Shown: positions 1 to 11,736 of the stretch, piece after piece
Layout of the letters: every line of letters begins with the position of its first letter
Position numbering within the stretch: the stretch's first letter is position 1
Notes under the pieces: generated by a model
What the model was told of the DNA's origin: nothing
Databases searched by the model: none
Seen by the model: the letters and a program-made list of their open reading frames with translations, nothing else
Made by a program: the position numbers and the translations under genes
Origin: Moniliella sp. 'wahieum'
Lineage: Eukaryota
DNA: 64,000 nucleotides
Assembly (NCBI GenBank): GCA_003971905.1
Contig: RSEE01000022.1
Span: 186,001-250,000, forward strand
Direction of reading: 5' to 3'

Positions 1-97
1 GTGTGTGCTTCCCAAAAGTTCCCCCGCACCGTCTAGCAGTGGCTTAGTGACCATGGTAGACAGAGACTGTTCGGGATGCACGTTAGTTGTGCAGTGA

Positions 98-121
98 TCA
101 CATGTCACATGTCGCATGCCA
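98..121. repeat. TNA-palindrome 7-bp lattice (TCA CATG TCA CATG TCG CATG CCA)
   Basis: Read directly; three CATG palindromes at 7-bp spacing. Confidence 0.8.
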
Positions 122-1036
122 CGTGACGTGTATCATTGAAAGGACTCTTGTTGTCACTTTTCCCCATAACCGTTGCATCAATCGCGCGAACCACTGCGGT
201 CCCTACTACTACTAGCCCAAATGTATAGTGCTTTCATCGACTTGTGATGCATTCGTTAGCTCCTGCGACAACATGAATCAGCGGCGTAAACAGAAAACCG
301 TGGAGGACATACATCCGATTTGAAGATGGCCCGCGGGAAGATCGAGTTACAGAAGGACCTGACGCTGCCTGACTGATCGACGCGGCCATAATGCATAACA
401 GCGCCGAGCGCGAACTGCAGCAAATGCCCGACTTTAACCATAAAGTCTCGCACAGCAATCTTCCGGCCACTAGTGACTCCATTTGTTGTGACGAATGCTT
501 TTGGGATACGCTCCTCGGTGAGTTCGGTGAGTACACCGAGAAACAAAAAGGCCACACGAGGATGTGAGAACCAGAGTGCGATTGACACACGCGAGCAACT
601 AACTTTTTAGCATCAGGGCCCAGACCTTCAGGGCCAACCTAAGATGGGAGGCAGTTAGAGTCACTAAACGAGACGGCCTCCAGGGAACAACAGTCGAGAG
701 CCTAGCCCCAATTTTGTCACCATTTCTCTCTTTGCTGATACTGACTACTCTTTGTCACCGTCGCATTTCGCCCTCTACACCTGCACCAAACCTCTGATCT
801 TTCTCATTTCGAGTGTCTCGCTGCCCTTGTCGATTTCGGGATGGCCTTTGGCCGTGAACTGAATGCCATTCCTAGTGAACAATTTACTGAGTAATAACAA
901 GAATGTGGGGCGAAGGAGTAAGAGTATATATACAAGGAGAATCCACCCGTGGAAAGCGCCAAAATCGATCCCTACAATAGTCAATACCTTGGGTGTGATC
1001 AACGTGGCGGGGGCAAACTCTTATCGGACCCGACGA

Positions 1037-1053
1037 TGATCGATGAGATCTGA
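1037..1053. repeat. Mixed TNA-palindrome lattice TGA TCGA TGA GATC TGA
   Basis: Read directly; two different palindromes separated by an identical TGA. Single units also at 1264-1273 (TGA GATC TGA) and 1390-1399 (TGA GGCC TGA). Confidence 0.85.
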
Positions 1054-3195
1054 GAGGCCTCGTCTCTGTGCCTTGAGTTTGACGTAACAACTTCTCTCCG
1101 GTAATTCATTAGTTCGACCATTGTCCCGAAAAGGACGGATAGGAGGCACCCGTCGTCGCTAGCAGCTCATGCCTACAAACCAGCGGCACATGTACACCTA
1201 TATGTCAGCCCAGAACAGAAGCATCGTTAAACACTTTTTGCATTCGCAGAGGGGGACAGCAAGTGAGATCTGAGAAAACACCGTATTCTCCCCTCTCCTC
1301 CACCTCCTGTGGTACGGAGAGGAAAATCCCGTCGTAAGACTAGATGACCACCATGTCTGTATTCAACCTGATCAAGACCGGTTCATGCCTGAGGCCTGAG
1401 GACGGAGTGCCAGTAGGGCTGGCTATACCATAGGTTGTACTTTGCGCCGGTACCTCGAAACGTTTTATTGACACGACGGTTGACGCGCACAGCAATGTTA
1501 TAGACCCTCCACTCTCGTGACGTGGAGATGATAGCGTGGCTAGACAGACAGTACGCGACGCTGGCACTAGGCCACTGCTATGCCTGCGCGAGTGTGCGCC
1601 TTTTCCTATTCTCCTGTGGCATGTGAGCTCTTTCGCTCTTCTCTCCACTACCGACACCGGCTCGACTCTGTACTTGGTTCGCCTTCTCCGTGTTCGGACG
1701 GTTCGGCTCCCTAGCCCGTTCAGTCATCAGTAGGGGGAATATGAGTGCCGGCCAGTTGGTCACGGTGCTACAAACTCGAGCGGCACCCACCATTAAGAGA
1801 CTTTCCTCTCCCCTTCGTCAAGAAGACAAGCGGGCACACCACCAATGATCAACAATATACTTGAGCAGTGGACTAAAAGTCAGTCTTACACCCAAGAGTC
1901 TCGTAATACAGGTCTACCACGATTGGAAGCGAATGGCGAGAGCCAGAGGGGCGGAATCCTGACCTGCTGGCGACTCAACGATCCGCCTCCTCTTTGGTTG
2001 ATTGACACGAACTAGCAGTGGCCCGCCAAAGCCGCGAAATCATCATCGTGCACCGCCTCTCTCCCTCCATCTGTGTGCCCTTTATGAGGATGGGGGAGCG
2101 TCAGGATTTGACGTAGGCAAAGGAAAGGTGGCATGATCTACGTGGTCGGCCTGTACGTTCTTTTGTGTGAGGCATATATTCACGGTGGAGAATGGCCAAA
2201 ACATATATCGCCTACTATGCAATTTATAACCCCACACTCCTGGTACTGTTATGAGGGACTTTGGGGAGAGGGTTATCTGTTCCGTTTGAATTCCTTCTCT
2301 GTGGATAAGGGCCTGCCACACATGCCAGCTTGGCTACTTGGACTTCTCTTTACAGAGACTTCTAACGTACATTATCTCTCTGTTGTTTTTGAGAGCCTTT
2401 TTCTTTCGTCATAGGCACATATAGCTTTATAAGATGGTGGTGTAAAACCGAGAAGGAAAGTGCAGGAGTTGTGGCTAGGAATACCTACCGCATACGTGTG
2501 GCTCCCTTGGATGGACAAGGCATGATATCAAAATCGATGCTGCAGTGAAGCTGATGTGATGGCGACCAACCTCCTTCATCATCCAATCGAGGATTCCGCA
2601 TTGTTAAGAAACGCATTAAGTTGTTAGTACTGCGCGGCCCAGACGAGCGGCGCCGATGGTGGCAGATCCGTCTAATGTTCCTATGCCCAAGTCGTTGTGA
2701 TTGATCCGGGGTCCGTAAGGTGGGGAATGGGCACGTTTCTGCCTGTGATCGACAATGGAGCCATTCACCACATGGAGTTTGTCGGAAAGTGCGTGAAAGA
2801 GAAGAAGTGCGTTGGCCTGATCGTTTCCTACAGAGGCGACTCCAACGGCGAGGGGATAGACCCTCTTTCCCCCCTCCCAGGTCTCATTTTCAGAGGAGTA
2901 TTGGGCCACCATGCTGTACAATATGGGTGAGACGTGGTATATGTCCTTGGTGGGACCACAAAATGTTTCCGAGAGGCCATGCGTTCTGAACCACAAAGCA
3001 TAATCAGACTACTTGCGAGCGTTTGGTGGGAAGAAAAGGCCAGGCCGTTGGCCGCGGATTCAGATATCTCAAGCCCGAATATGTATCAACGAAGTGGGTT
3101 GGCGAGAGTGACACCAGGGGGACAAGACAACCCACAGTGTGTAGATACTAATTAAAGGATAGGATCGGTCTTGTAGGAAAGCACATGGTAATGAA

Positions 3196-3219
3196 TGAGG
3201 CCTTAGGCCTTAGGCCTTG
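3196..3219. repeat. TNA-palindrome lattice TGA GGCC TTA GGCC TTA GGCC TTG
   Basis: Read directly; related GGCC units near 4287-4316, at 4575-4588 and at 4841-4871. Confidence 0.85.
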
Positions 3220-5516
3220 GGCTCGAGGAGACATGTCAAAGAGGGGCTCATGTGGTACGCAGTATTCAGGCTGAGTCCTGAGCCTCAGGAGAGTGAGATT
3301 ATTGTTTGCGGTCGGTTGTTACATGTGTTACACTCGAACATACCGGAAGGAAAAACAAAGACACTTTTGCAGCGCTGTGTCCCACGGGTACTACTATAAC
3401 GCCCACGTAACGCGCCCATAAGTTTTCGGAACCCACGCAACGCCTCCGATTCATCATAGTTGTTTCACAGGATCTCCCGACGCGATCATTGCAAGTTATA
3501 TATTCAGGGAGCCATTCATTGCATTCACCACGCTCGTTCATTCTCTGCTTCTTTTTATAGATATTGGAAAGAAAACTGGAAAGAAAGGTCGCCTAATAGA
3601 TGACATAGATTATCGCGGTAATTACGTAGTTACTGTAAGAATCGGGCGATACGAGTGAGACCAAATACCAAGGGAAGCCAAAGATGCAGTGGTAGGAGAA
3701 GGGAGAACAGGATCGGCGGGGAGAGCAGTGAGACAAAGATTCCCCTGATTAGCTAAGAGGACCGTGCAGTTACTCACTTATCTGTCCCCAAAGCCAGTAT
3801 AGGGACGAGTTGGCAGTAACAACTAGCAAAGATCCACACTGCGGTGTTATCATTGCCACACCAGCCCTAATTGCCCTCTTTACTGAATACCGCCAATATC
3901 GCCCCAACCCCGGTTTCGCTTCGGGTCGGATCCGCCGTCTGCGTACTTGAATAGTACTGTTTTTTGTCGTGAGCCGCTCGTTTCCTCTGAGGGTACCCTC
4001 AGCAATATAAGAATGTGGCTCTATATAGGAGCGCGTTCGTCACTGTCATGAACCCTCTGTGGTGATGACATGCACAGGCCGGTTCGCCGACAAAAGATCC
4101 AGCCAGCTATATGTGTCGAAGGAAAAGAGAGTTGATATATGGTCACGGGATAAAGAAAAAACCCAAGAGGAGGTGAACCAGAACAGGCGATTAAACCATT
4201 ATTGTGACTCACTTACAGGGGGACGTAGCCGCCGAGTGAGGGACGTTTCGAGTGTTACCTCCTTGTGATGCTTATGGTTTTGTATAGGCCTCAGGCCTGC
4301 CTCAGGCCGGCCTCAGGTCTGATTTCAAGGCGATATGCCACATGCCAACTATCATTATCAAGGCGATGGGATCATAACGAACCGTGGTTTTTTTTACATG
4401 TTCATGCCAGTGTTTAAAACGTGTCATGAGGGACAGGAATAGGCCACGGCCATGTGGACTTGCAGTGTTGCACAACGCTGCTGCATATAATCCTCTCAGC
4501 AACACACGCAATGCAGGTCTCGTGGGTAGGCATGCACCACCGGGAAATGATCCATACTATGTTGCCCCTCATCCTGAGGCCTGAGGCCCGATACCTGATG
4601 CCTGATCCTGATGATTGATTCCTTGATATGAGGGCCTGAAGGGTTAATTATTCCTCCAATCGACGAGGCCGAAGTCTGATAGTCCAGGCTGGGGTCGATG
4701 AGGTTGATGGGCGATGAAGCCTCTGGATCTGAGGGATCAGATGCGTGAGAAGGGTTGTCGTAACTTGTGATATGATACGTTCATTGGATGACTGGACCGT
4801 AGACACCTGTAGATGAGACTTTTTGTGGGCGGTTTGGCCCTCAGGCCTCAGGGGCCTCCTGAGGCCTCAGGTGCTGCACGCAATGCAGCGTCAGCAGCGG
4901 GTTTGAACACCCAGGTTTCACCCGTTTTTGTTTGAGTGAAAAATGCGGTGTGGCAAGCAGGTGTGGCGAGGGATGCACCTACCTGATGCACTGATGCAGG
5001 CACCGCAAGTATTATTAGGGGCTCCGCTTGTGGGGCTACATGAGACGTTCAGTTTTAGCGGTTACCGGCTACTAGAACCGGGTATACCATTCGCTGGCGG
5101 TATTACGTTTGTGTGAACTGTGGAGACTCTCTCCGCCGATAGTCGCTTCTCTGTGGTCATTGAATACTGACCCCACACACTTGACATTTGTTTGTTCGTG
5201 AGATGATGTCGAGGATGTTGACGAGAATTTGTGACCAGTACGGATACCGTCGCTTCCGCCTTCGGCTTCTGCTTTCCATCCGAAGTTGGCAGTGTATATA
5301 ACGTAACGTGCAACCCATATGTGGCGCTGGCCACACTATGTATGGTTCACGGCGAGACTGCGCGGTGTGGCTCTCGAGGCCTATGAAATTCGAGAGGATG
5401 TTGTCCTGTGGACTCAGCCTGAGCGAAGAGTCGCCCGCGCATAGCGCTTAGCCTGGGGGCGCACAAATGATTCGGCACAGATTATGTTCGGATCGGTGCG
5501 CGTTATGCGCGTTGCG

Positions 5517-6272
5517 TTACGCGTTACGCGTTGCTAGCGCCTAGCGTTTTATACTCGAGTTGGCCGTTGGACGTGTTTCGCCTGTCTCCGTCACACACAC
5601 CTTCAGAATTGCATCCCTTCTCCGCAGGCACATATTTGCCACATTCACCGACTGCCGCCATGATGCATGATGCATGGTGTGGCGTCTGTATCGTGGGTCG
5701 CTTTGCTCCGCAGGAGCTCAGGCGTGACACATCCAGGCCCTCCGCTGGTGGTCGCGCACAAGAGCACCGCGCCAAGCTTTGAGCTTGAAGCTTGAACGTT
5801 TAGAATGTGCTGAACGTACCGAACTTTTAACGTTTTTTTATGGTTAAACGTTAAACGTTAAACGTCAACGCGTCACGCGTCAACGTTGAACGTTGATTGA
5901 GTACATCGAACATTGATGATCGGATGAGCTCCTAGCGATGATATACTGATTTGCCACAGAAATGTTTCGGTCGTGGTAAGGGCCCAAGACCCAAGGGTTG
6001 GACGTTGGTGCTCCGCGGAGAAGTGTCTAGCCGTTAACCAAACTCCTGCCCATAAGACCACTACTCCTTTCGAAGCCGAGCGTCTGCCGAGTGCATCCGC
6101 ACTGTTGCGTCCTCAGGACTTGTTGTAAAGCTTAGGTCTGCAGAGCGCTGGCCTGATGCCTGACGGGCGACTATGGCAGCTGCTTTGGCGCGCTATGTGG
6201 AGTCAGATCTCAGAAGTCAGTTCTCAGACGTTCAACAAGCTTCAAGCTTCAAGCTTCAAGCTTCAAGCTCCA
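5517..6272. repeat. Dense cluster of TNA-palindrome lattices (CGCG, TGCA, AGCT, ACGT, GATC)
   Basis: 5517-5533 TTA CGCG TTA CGCG TTG; 5661-5674 TGA TGCA TGA TGCA; 5772-5802 AGCT x3 then ACGT; 5845-5896 seven palindromes in register; 6203-6226 TCA lattice; 6235-6272 AGCT x5 at 7-bp spacing with TCA spacers. Confidence 0.9.
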
Positions 6273-6687
6273 ATAAGCTTTAGGGAAGCACTGGGAAGCC
6301 TCCAGCGCAAGTTGCTCATCTTTGTCAGATCATCGATTATCACTTTGGGCGTTAGCTTGCTAGATGGCCGATGAGCGTTTGAGCCCAAATCGGGCGATCA
6401 GGCCGGGCGATAGTATTGTGCGCACCTTGGTTTCGATCAAACCGGCATAAGCTGAAAGCAGCACATCCATGTGGTCTGCTCTGGTCTACCGACCTGGACG
6501 GCACGCCTAGACCTTAGGGAGTGCGGGGGAAAGGCACAGTGTGCCAATGCCCCCTCCAGACTTTCCCTCTGTTGAGGGTGCCCTGCGCACGAACGGGCGC
6601 GGGTGGCATACTATGCACGCTCGCGAGATGCAGGCATGCGGCGCCGCCGGGCGCGGCGGAGAGGCTGCCGGCCGCTTTGCAAGGGCG

Positions 6688-7665
6688 TTACATGTTACAT
6701 GGGCCTGGTGCTGCCCTCGGTATTAGCGTGAGTACTGAGTGGCGTTGCGAGGGCCAGGAGGGTTCCATGTTGCGTGGTTGCATGTTGCATGTTACAAGGG
6801 TACGGATATACTGATGGTACCGATGGTGGTAACCAGTTACCTCATGCTGGCGTATCGCAACTGTCCGTGGATCATACATCGCCCAACGCACCCAGGACGC
6901 TGAGCGAACGCTCCGGTTCGCGGCTTAGCGGCTCAGCGCGACTGGGACTGCTGGAGCGGAGCTGGCCACGATGCGGTCTGCCAGCCGGGCTTCGTTGGCC
7001 TCGCTTGCGGCTGCCGCCCTGCCGAACGAGCGCTTCTTCGGCGCTCAGACGCCCTCAGGCCTCACGCGTCAAGCTTCATCTTGGATTCTAGGCCGGGGGT
7101 GGCAAGGCACGGCAGCGCAGTGCAGGGTGCAGCTGCCCCATCATGCATCACACACCCCATGTCACACATAGCCCCAGACCACCCTGCCCCGGGCACACGT
7201 GCATGCAGGCGCGCCTTGGCCGCTGCCACGACCGGCTACTGCCCCCGTGGGGTGCGGGCTTAAGCGTGCAACCCTACCTCCCTGCCCCCGTGCCGACAGA
7301 AAGCGTCCCCCAACGGCGTGGCAGCCAGCCGTCCCCGACACAGGGCCAGTGGCGGACGGGGGGGAGCGGCCTAACGCGAGTGCTGTATCATGCGCCACGG
7401 GGGAAGCGTCCGCAACCACGCCGTCGGGGCACAGGGCCGTGTGGCTATGTCCGCTTCCGTGCCTCCGCCCCCTCGGATCTGAGTCTCAGACCACAGGCTG
7501 AGGCCAACTGAGCGCTGAGGCGCTCACGCCTCGGCCTGAGGCCACCTCTCCCGCCTCCCGCCTCACCCGTCACCGCGGCCGGACCGGCGCAGGCCACCAC
7601 ACAAAAACGGGACGGGTTCATATATACCCCTCAGGCCTCACGCGTTCGCTTCCTCTCAGATCTCA
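6688..7665. promoter_or_regulatory. Upstream region of the zinc-finger TF with a TATA-like element (~7619-7626) and multiple TNA-palindrome units
   Basis: Units at 6688, 6729, 7055-7078 (GGCC/CGCG/AGCT), 7141, 7509, 7631 and 7656; TATATA about 110 bp upstream of ATG 7735, followed by a pyrimidine-rich leader. Confidence 0.55.
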
Positions 7666-7734
7666 CGCCTTTTATTCCCTCTCCGGCGCAGTCTTGCTTC
7701 TCCCACCACTTTCACTCTTCCCCCTCCCCCCGCC

Positions 7735-9522
7735 ATGGATGCCCACAGCGGACGCGCTTTCCAGCCCGGTGCTCAACATCGCCGCTCATCCGCCCCGGCC
7801 CCCGCCGGCGCAGCAGCGCTGACCGCTGGACACAGGTGCGATGCTTGGCAAAGCGTCGGCGCAGCGCCAATTTGTGTGTGGACACTGTGGCCGCTCGTTT
7901 GGGCGTCTGCTCCACCTCCAACGCCACGAATACCGCCACGTAGACTACCGCCCCTTCGAGTGCCCGTGCTGCCTCAAGTCGTTCAGTCGCCATGATTCGC
8001 TTGTTCGCCACGCTCGCTTGCACAAGGATGGGCTGCCTGAGGGCAGTCTCGCTACAGCCCAGCTACGCAAGCACAACAAAGGTATGCCGTTTGCTTCCTC
8101 GGTCCTCAAGCCATCCCTCCTTGACCTAGCATTGACCCTGTATTCCCCCTCCTCTATCCTTCGTCGTGCTGGATGCGCCTCACACCTGCATGTCGTGCAC
8201 CGAAGAACAAGTGCGCGCGTTGCGCCCAGTTTGCCCGTCGTGCATCCGGTGCAAAACAGGCAAGAAGGCTTCGCTGGCTGTTGCAGCCAACTCTATCCCC
8301 CCCCTACCACGACCACGGATGCGCCTGCGACGCACGTGGCCAACGTGGTCATAGTGCCTCGTCAGACGACACTCGGTCCTCTACAAATGTGTCTCCAGGC
8401 CTTGACGGATCCTCTATGCCAGGAGACTTGCTTTCGCAGTTCCCAACTTCAACAGTACACCCGCTTCCGGCGAGCTGGAATTTGCTTCCAGCCTTTCTTC
8501 CCATCGAACCAAGTGCCAAACCACGTGCAGGCCGGGCAAGGACCCTCGCCCTTGGCCGCCCAATTGGTCCACTCAGTGTCTGGGCTACCCCCTGTAACCT
8601 ACTCTATGCCCTACCGAGGCGGTGCATTTGCCTCCTCTGGGCCCACCTCGGAAGGGAGCACCCTTAAACGGATGCCTTCAACATCCTCCTTGGCTTCGGC
8701 CCCACCTCGAGCCTCGTTTTCCTCTTCGGTTGCAACGGCAGTGGAACCTGTACCGGTTCTGAGTCTTCGTCCCACTCAAGCGTTTCGGACGAAGCTCTTC
8801 CGTTGACCCCGAGCCCCGCGACGAATGCCTCCTGCACTGGGTTTGACCCCAACTCCAGTCGCGCTTGAGGGGATACCAGATGAGTAGTTCGTTGGCCGAA
8901 GGAGATGCGGCCAAGCCATTAAGCTTTGGTCCCACTTCTTGTCACTTCCCCCCCGAAGCGCACATTTCGCCGCCGCAAGAATGGCTCGACCCAGTCGGCC
9001 TTGTGAACCCGGAGGCTCTTGCACAGCAAGGACTTCTCCTCGACACGTACCTGCAGATGCAACAGCAGCTGGCTAGCATTCGTACCTTTATGCAAACCAA
9101 CATGGTTGACAGTCTTTCTCGCCGTCTTCCTCCCCAAGCCCTTTCCGCCCCCCTCCTGCTCCCACTTGCACCCAGCCCAACACAAGCTCCGGCCTGTAGT
9201 CCATCCCAATGGTGCATCACGACGTCGTGCCCACCAAGCCACCCACCTCCCGCACCATCGTCGCCCACACGGTTGCTGCCTCTCACGCCTCCTCCGCGCC
9301 CGACACTCTGCAAGGTCCCGCGTTCGCTCTCTCAGAGCCAGCTGGGGCGCTCGCCCCCGCCTCGGCCGACGTTTTCTACAAGGGAAATGCGCAGTGCCGA
9401 GACTAGCATGGCTGCTCTTTGGGGGAACGAGTTTGCCTGCCGTACGATGAGGCTGTGGCTCGGCCCAAACAACGACTCTGGACCCAAGGGACGTGTTCAC
9501 GCTCGAAGGCTTGGCCAACTGA
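7735..9522 (+). CDS. C2H2 zinc-finger transcription factor with a downstream Zn2Cys6-like cluster (intron-containing, frameshifted)
   Basis: Two C2H2 fingers: FVCGHCGRSFGRLLHLQRHEYRH-VDYRPFECPCCLKSFSRHDSLVRHARLH. GTATG donor at ~8082, then CMSC...PSCIRCKTGKK in ORF 8166..8354 and an S/P/Q-rich tail. The 3' end is uncertain. Confidence 0.75.
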
Positions 9523-11160
9523 GCCGACCGCTTCTCCTCTTCCCCCCCTCTGGTTGCCACCGTGAATGGTGGCGTTCGAGAGGCGAGCGTGTGGGAAGAT
9601 GGGACGATACCCTGCCTCTTTTCTCTTTCTCTTTCTCCGTTTGTTTCCTTTTCCTCCTCCTCCTCTCCTCCTCTTCCCCCTCCTTCCGGTTGGTTCCTGA
9701 CTCCTCTCCCTCTTGTGAGCCGGAACCGGTTTGACCTTGTTTGTGGTCTAAGTTATTGTCTTTTCGGTCTTGTCGCCCCCACATCAGTATGGTTATGTTT
9801 CCCTCCTCGCTCTATAACTCACAGACTGTTGCGTGGGTTTACTGGCCTCCTCGGATGCGATCCCCTCGACTGGGACTTGCACATATATTGCTGCACACTC
9901 CATGTTATACGAAGAGGAGATGGATCGATGAGGGAGGGAGGAAGGAATCAGACTGAGATGCTCGGGGGGTAATAAAACCTCGCAGTAGGTAGTAGAGACT
10001 TGGACCAGACTAAGCTGAGCGCTGAGCGCGGATCGCCTGAGCGTTTCTTCTTGACCCGTTAACGCGTTAACCGTCATTTGCAATCACTCGGCTGACTATA
10101 GAGTATGAACTCCCCTGTACAAGGGCTCGCGGTGATCCATACCTCTGATGCTTTGGGGGGGGGAACTCTGAGGTAAAAGAGCGGACAAATGGATCTCTGC
10201 AGTGGCTCCCGCTCTTTCCATCGTATACGGAAAGATGGAAGTCCAACTGCGTAGAGATCAGTATACTGTTGGTGATTTGCGAGGTATAGTAGCGTTTGGC
10301 GTAACACTTGAGATGGGATGTGGACCCCACAACTGCAGGGACTCAGGGACGAGAGGAAGTCACCAGACAGGTGCGTTTTGGAGGGCTACATGCAAAACAA
10401 GAGAAGATCCGTCCACATCTCTGGAACGTATACAGGGGTGAGGCCTGGGGGGGACATCAAGTTGTCTCTGTGCTCGAGCAAGCTAATTCGAGAAACGAAT
10501 GAAGCATACCCAACCTCCTGCCATTGTTACGGGGCGCTCAGGTTTATCTCCCTCGGAGCCCCGTAGTCGTAGACACCTCATCCAAAACATGCGTCAGTCC
10601 CCTAGACTAGCGAGAGGGAGCCGGCGGATACCTTTCCTTGCTGCGCATGATATTGTCCGCAGCCTGCCATGTGGCCGCAAGGGCTCATCGGTACGATGCT
10701 GTGTGCCCATCGCGCCCAGACTTGGTCGAACCCTTGCTACTGGGCCCGATTGCGTAGCGTCAGCGCCTTTGAGAGCGCGGGCTGTGTAGTCTTTCCCTCT
10801 CTGGAAAGATCCCCACGTTTGCTTATACCTGTCTGAGGTATATAAGCAGCCATTGTCTAAGGATGTGGTCCTTATCGACATCCTGTCCCTGTTCACATGT
10901 TCGCCCTGTTACCTCTATTCCACCTTCTACCAGCCTCACAATTCCAACCTACGTCGACTACGCATGGTTACTCCTCAGTAGCGCCTGCTCTTCATTAGAT
11001 TCCGACTGATTTCGCCTCCGCTATCAGTACGTCGAGTGTGGTAACGCCACCGGGAAAGCGCGTTACCCCACAGAGCTCCTGGATGCCTTCAGCTGTCTGA
11101 CGACCTACGTACGCAGCTCTTACTTCGGAGGTCTAACCTGCGGCCTTTGCCCGTTCGTTC

Positions 11161-11736
11161 TCAGATCTCACCCCAGGCCTTGGGGCTGGATCCATATTTC
11201 GCGAGCCCCCCATCCCCTCTGTAACAATGCGCCCGACCTCCCTCTGACACTGCAGCAGAACACCCATCGTAGCGCAAGGATACCATGCTGAACTCGTATG
11301 ATACCCAACACCGCGCAGCCGTCGCGTGGTCTTGTAGTCACGCGTCACGCGGCCACGGGTTACGCCCTCCGGCGTCACTTGACCGCTTGAGCCCCAAGCT
11401 TGAGCCCCTTCAGCTTCAAGCTTCAAGCATCAAATGAGGCTTCGAGTCAAGCTTCAGGGGGATGGCGCCTCCCGCAGGCTTCACGAAAGACATTACGTGT
11501 CGACGTTCGGCGTGCAGAGTACGGAATACATTACGTGTCGACGTTCGGGCGTGGACAGGCGGGGGCTCTGGGACGGTGGCTGGAACGACGCGTGACGAGG
11601 GCGATGCGTGATTGGTGATCTTTGGCACGGCGAGTGGCCCCGGCTGGCTGGGCGCGGGCTGGGCTCCGCGCTGACGCAGCACGAGGGCAGTTGCGGCGGG
11701 CGATGGCGGCTTGGCAGCGGGCGATGTGAGATCTGA
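11161..11736. repeat. TNA-palindrome units upstream of the Sec14-like gene
   Basis: 11161 TCA GATC TCA; 11338 TCA CGCG TCA CGCG; 11416 and 11447 TCA AGCT TCA; 11727 TGA GATC TGA. Confidence 0.8.

Noticed and set aside
234..3155. Short ORFs (e.g. 256..588 and 2616..2996 on the minus strand) as genes or TE relics
   Set aside because: No recognisable domain and neighbouring frames contain stops. A decayed gene or element cannot be excluded without a translated homology search.
6235..6272. Short tandem arrays as CRISPR or telomeric repeats
   Set aside because: No 25-45-bp repeat/spacer structure, no cas genes, and a eukaryotic context. The TTAGGGTTAGG at ~45983 is under two units and internal.
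5772..7078. Runs of restriction sites (HindIII, MluI, StuI, BglII, SpeI) resembling a polylinker or linker-ligation artefact, with URA3 as a possible marker
   Set aside because: The arrays are dispersed over many native promoters, show mutational decay, and no vector, origin or resistance sequence is present; URA3 has host-like GC-rich codons and native flanks.
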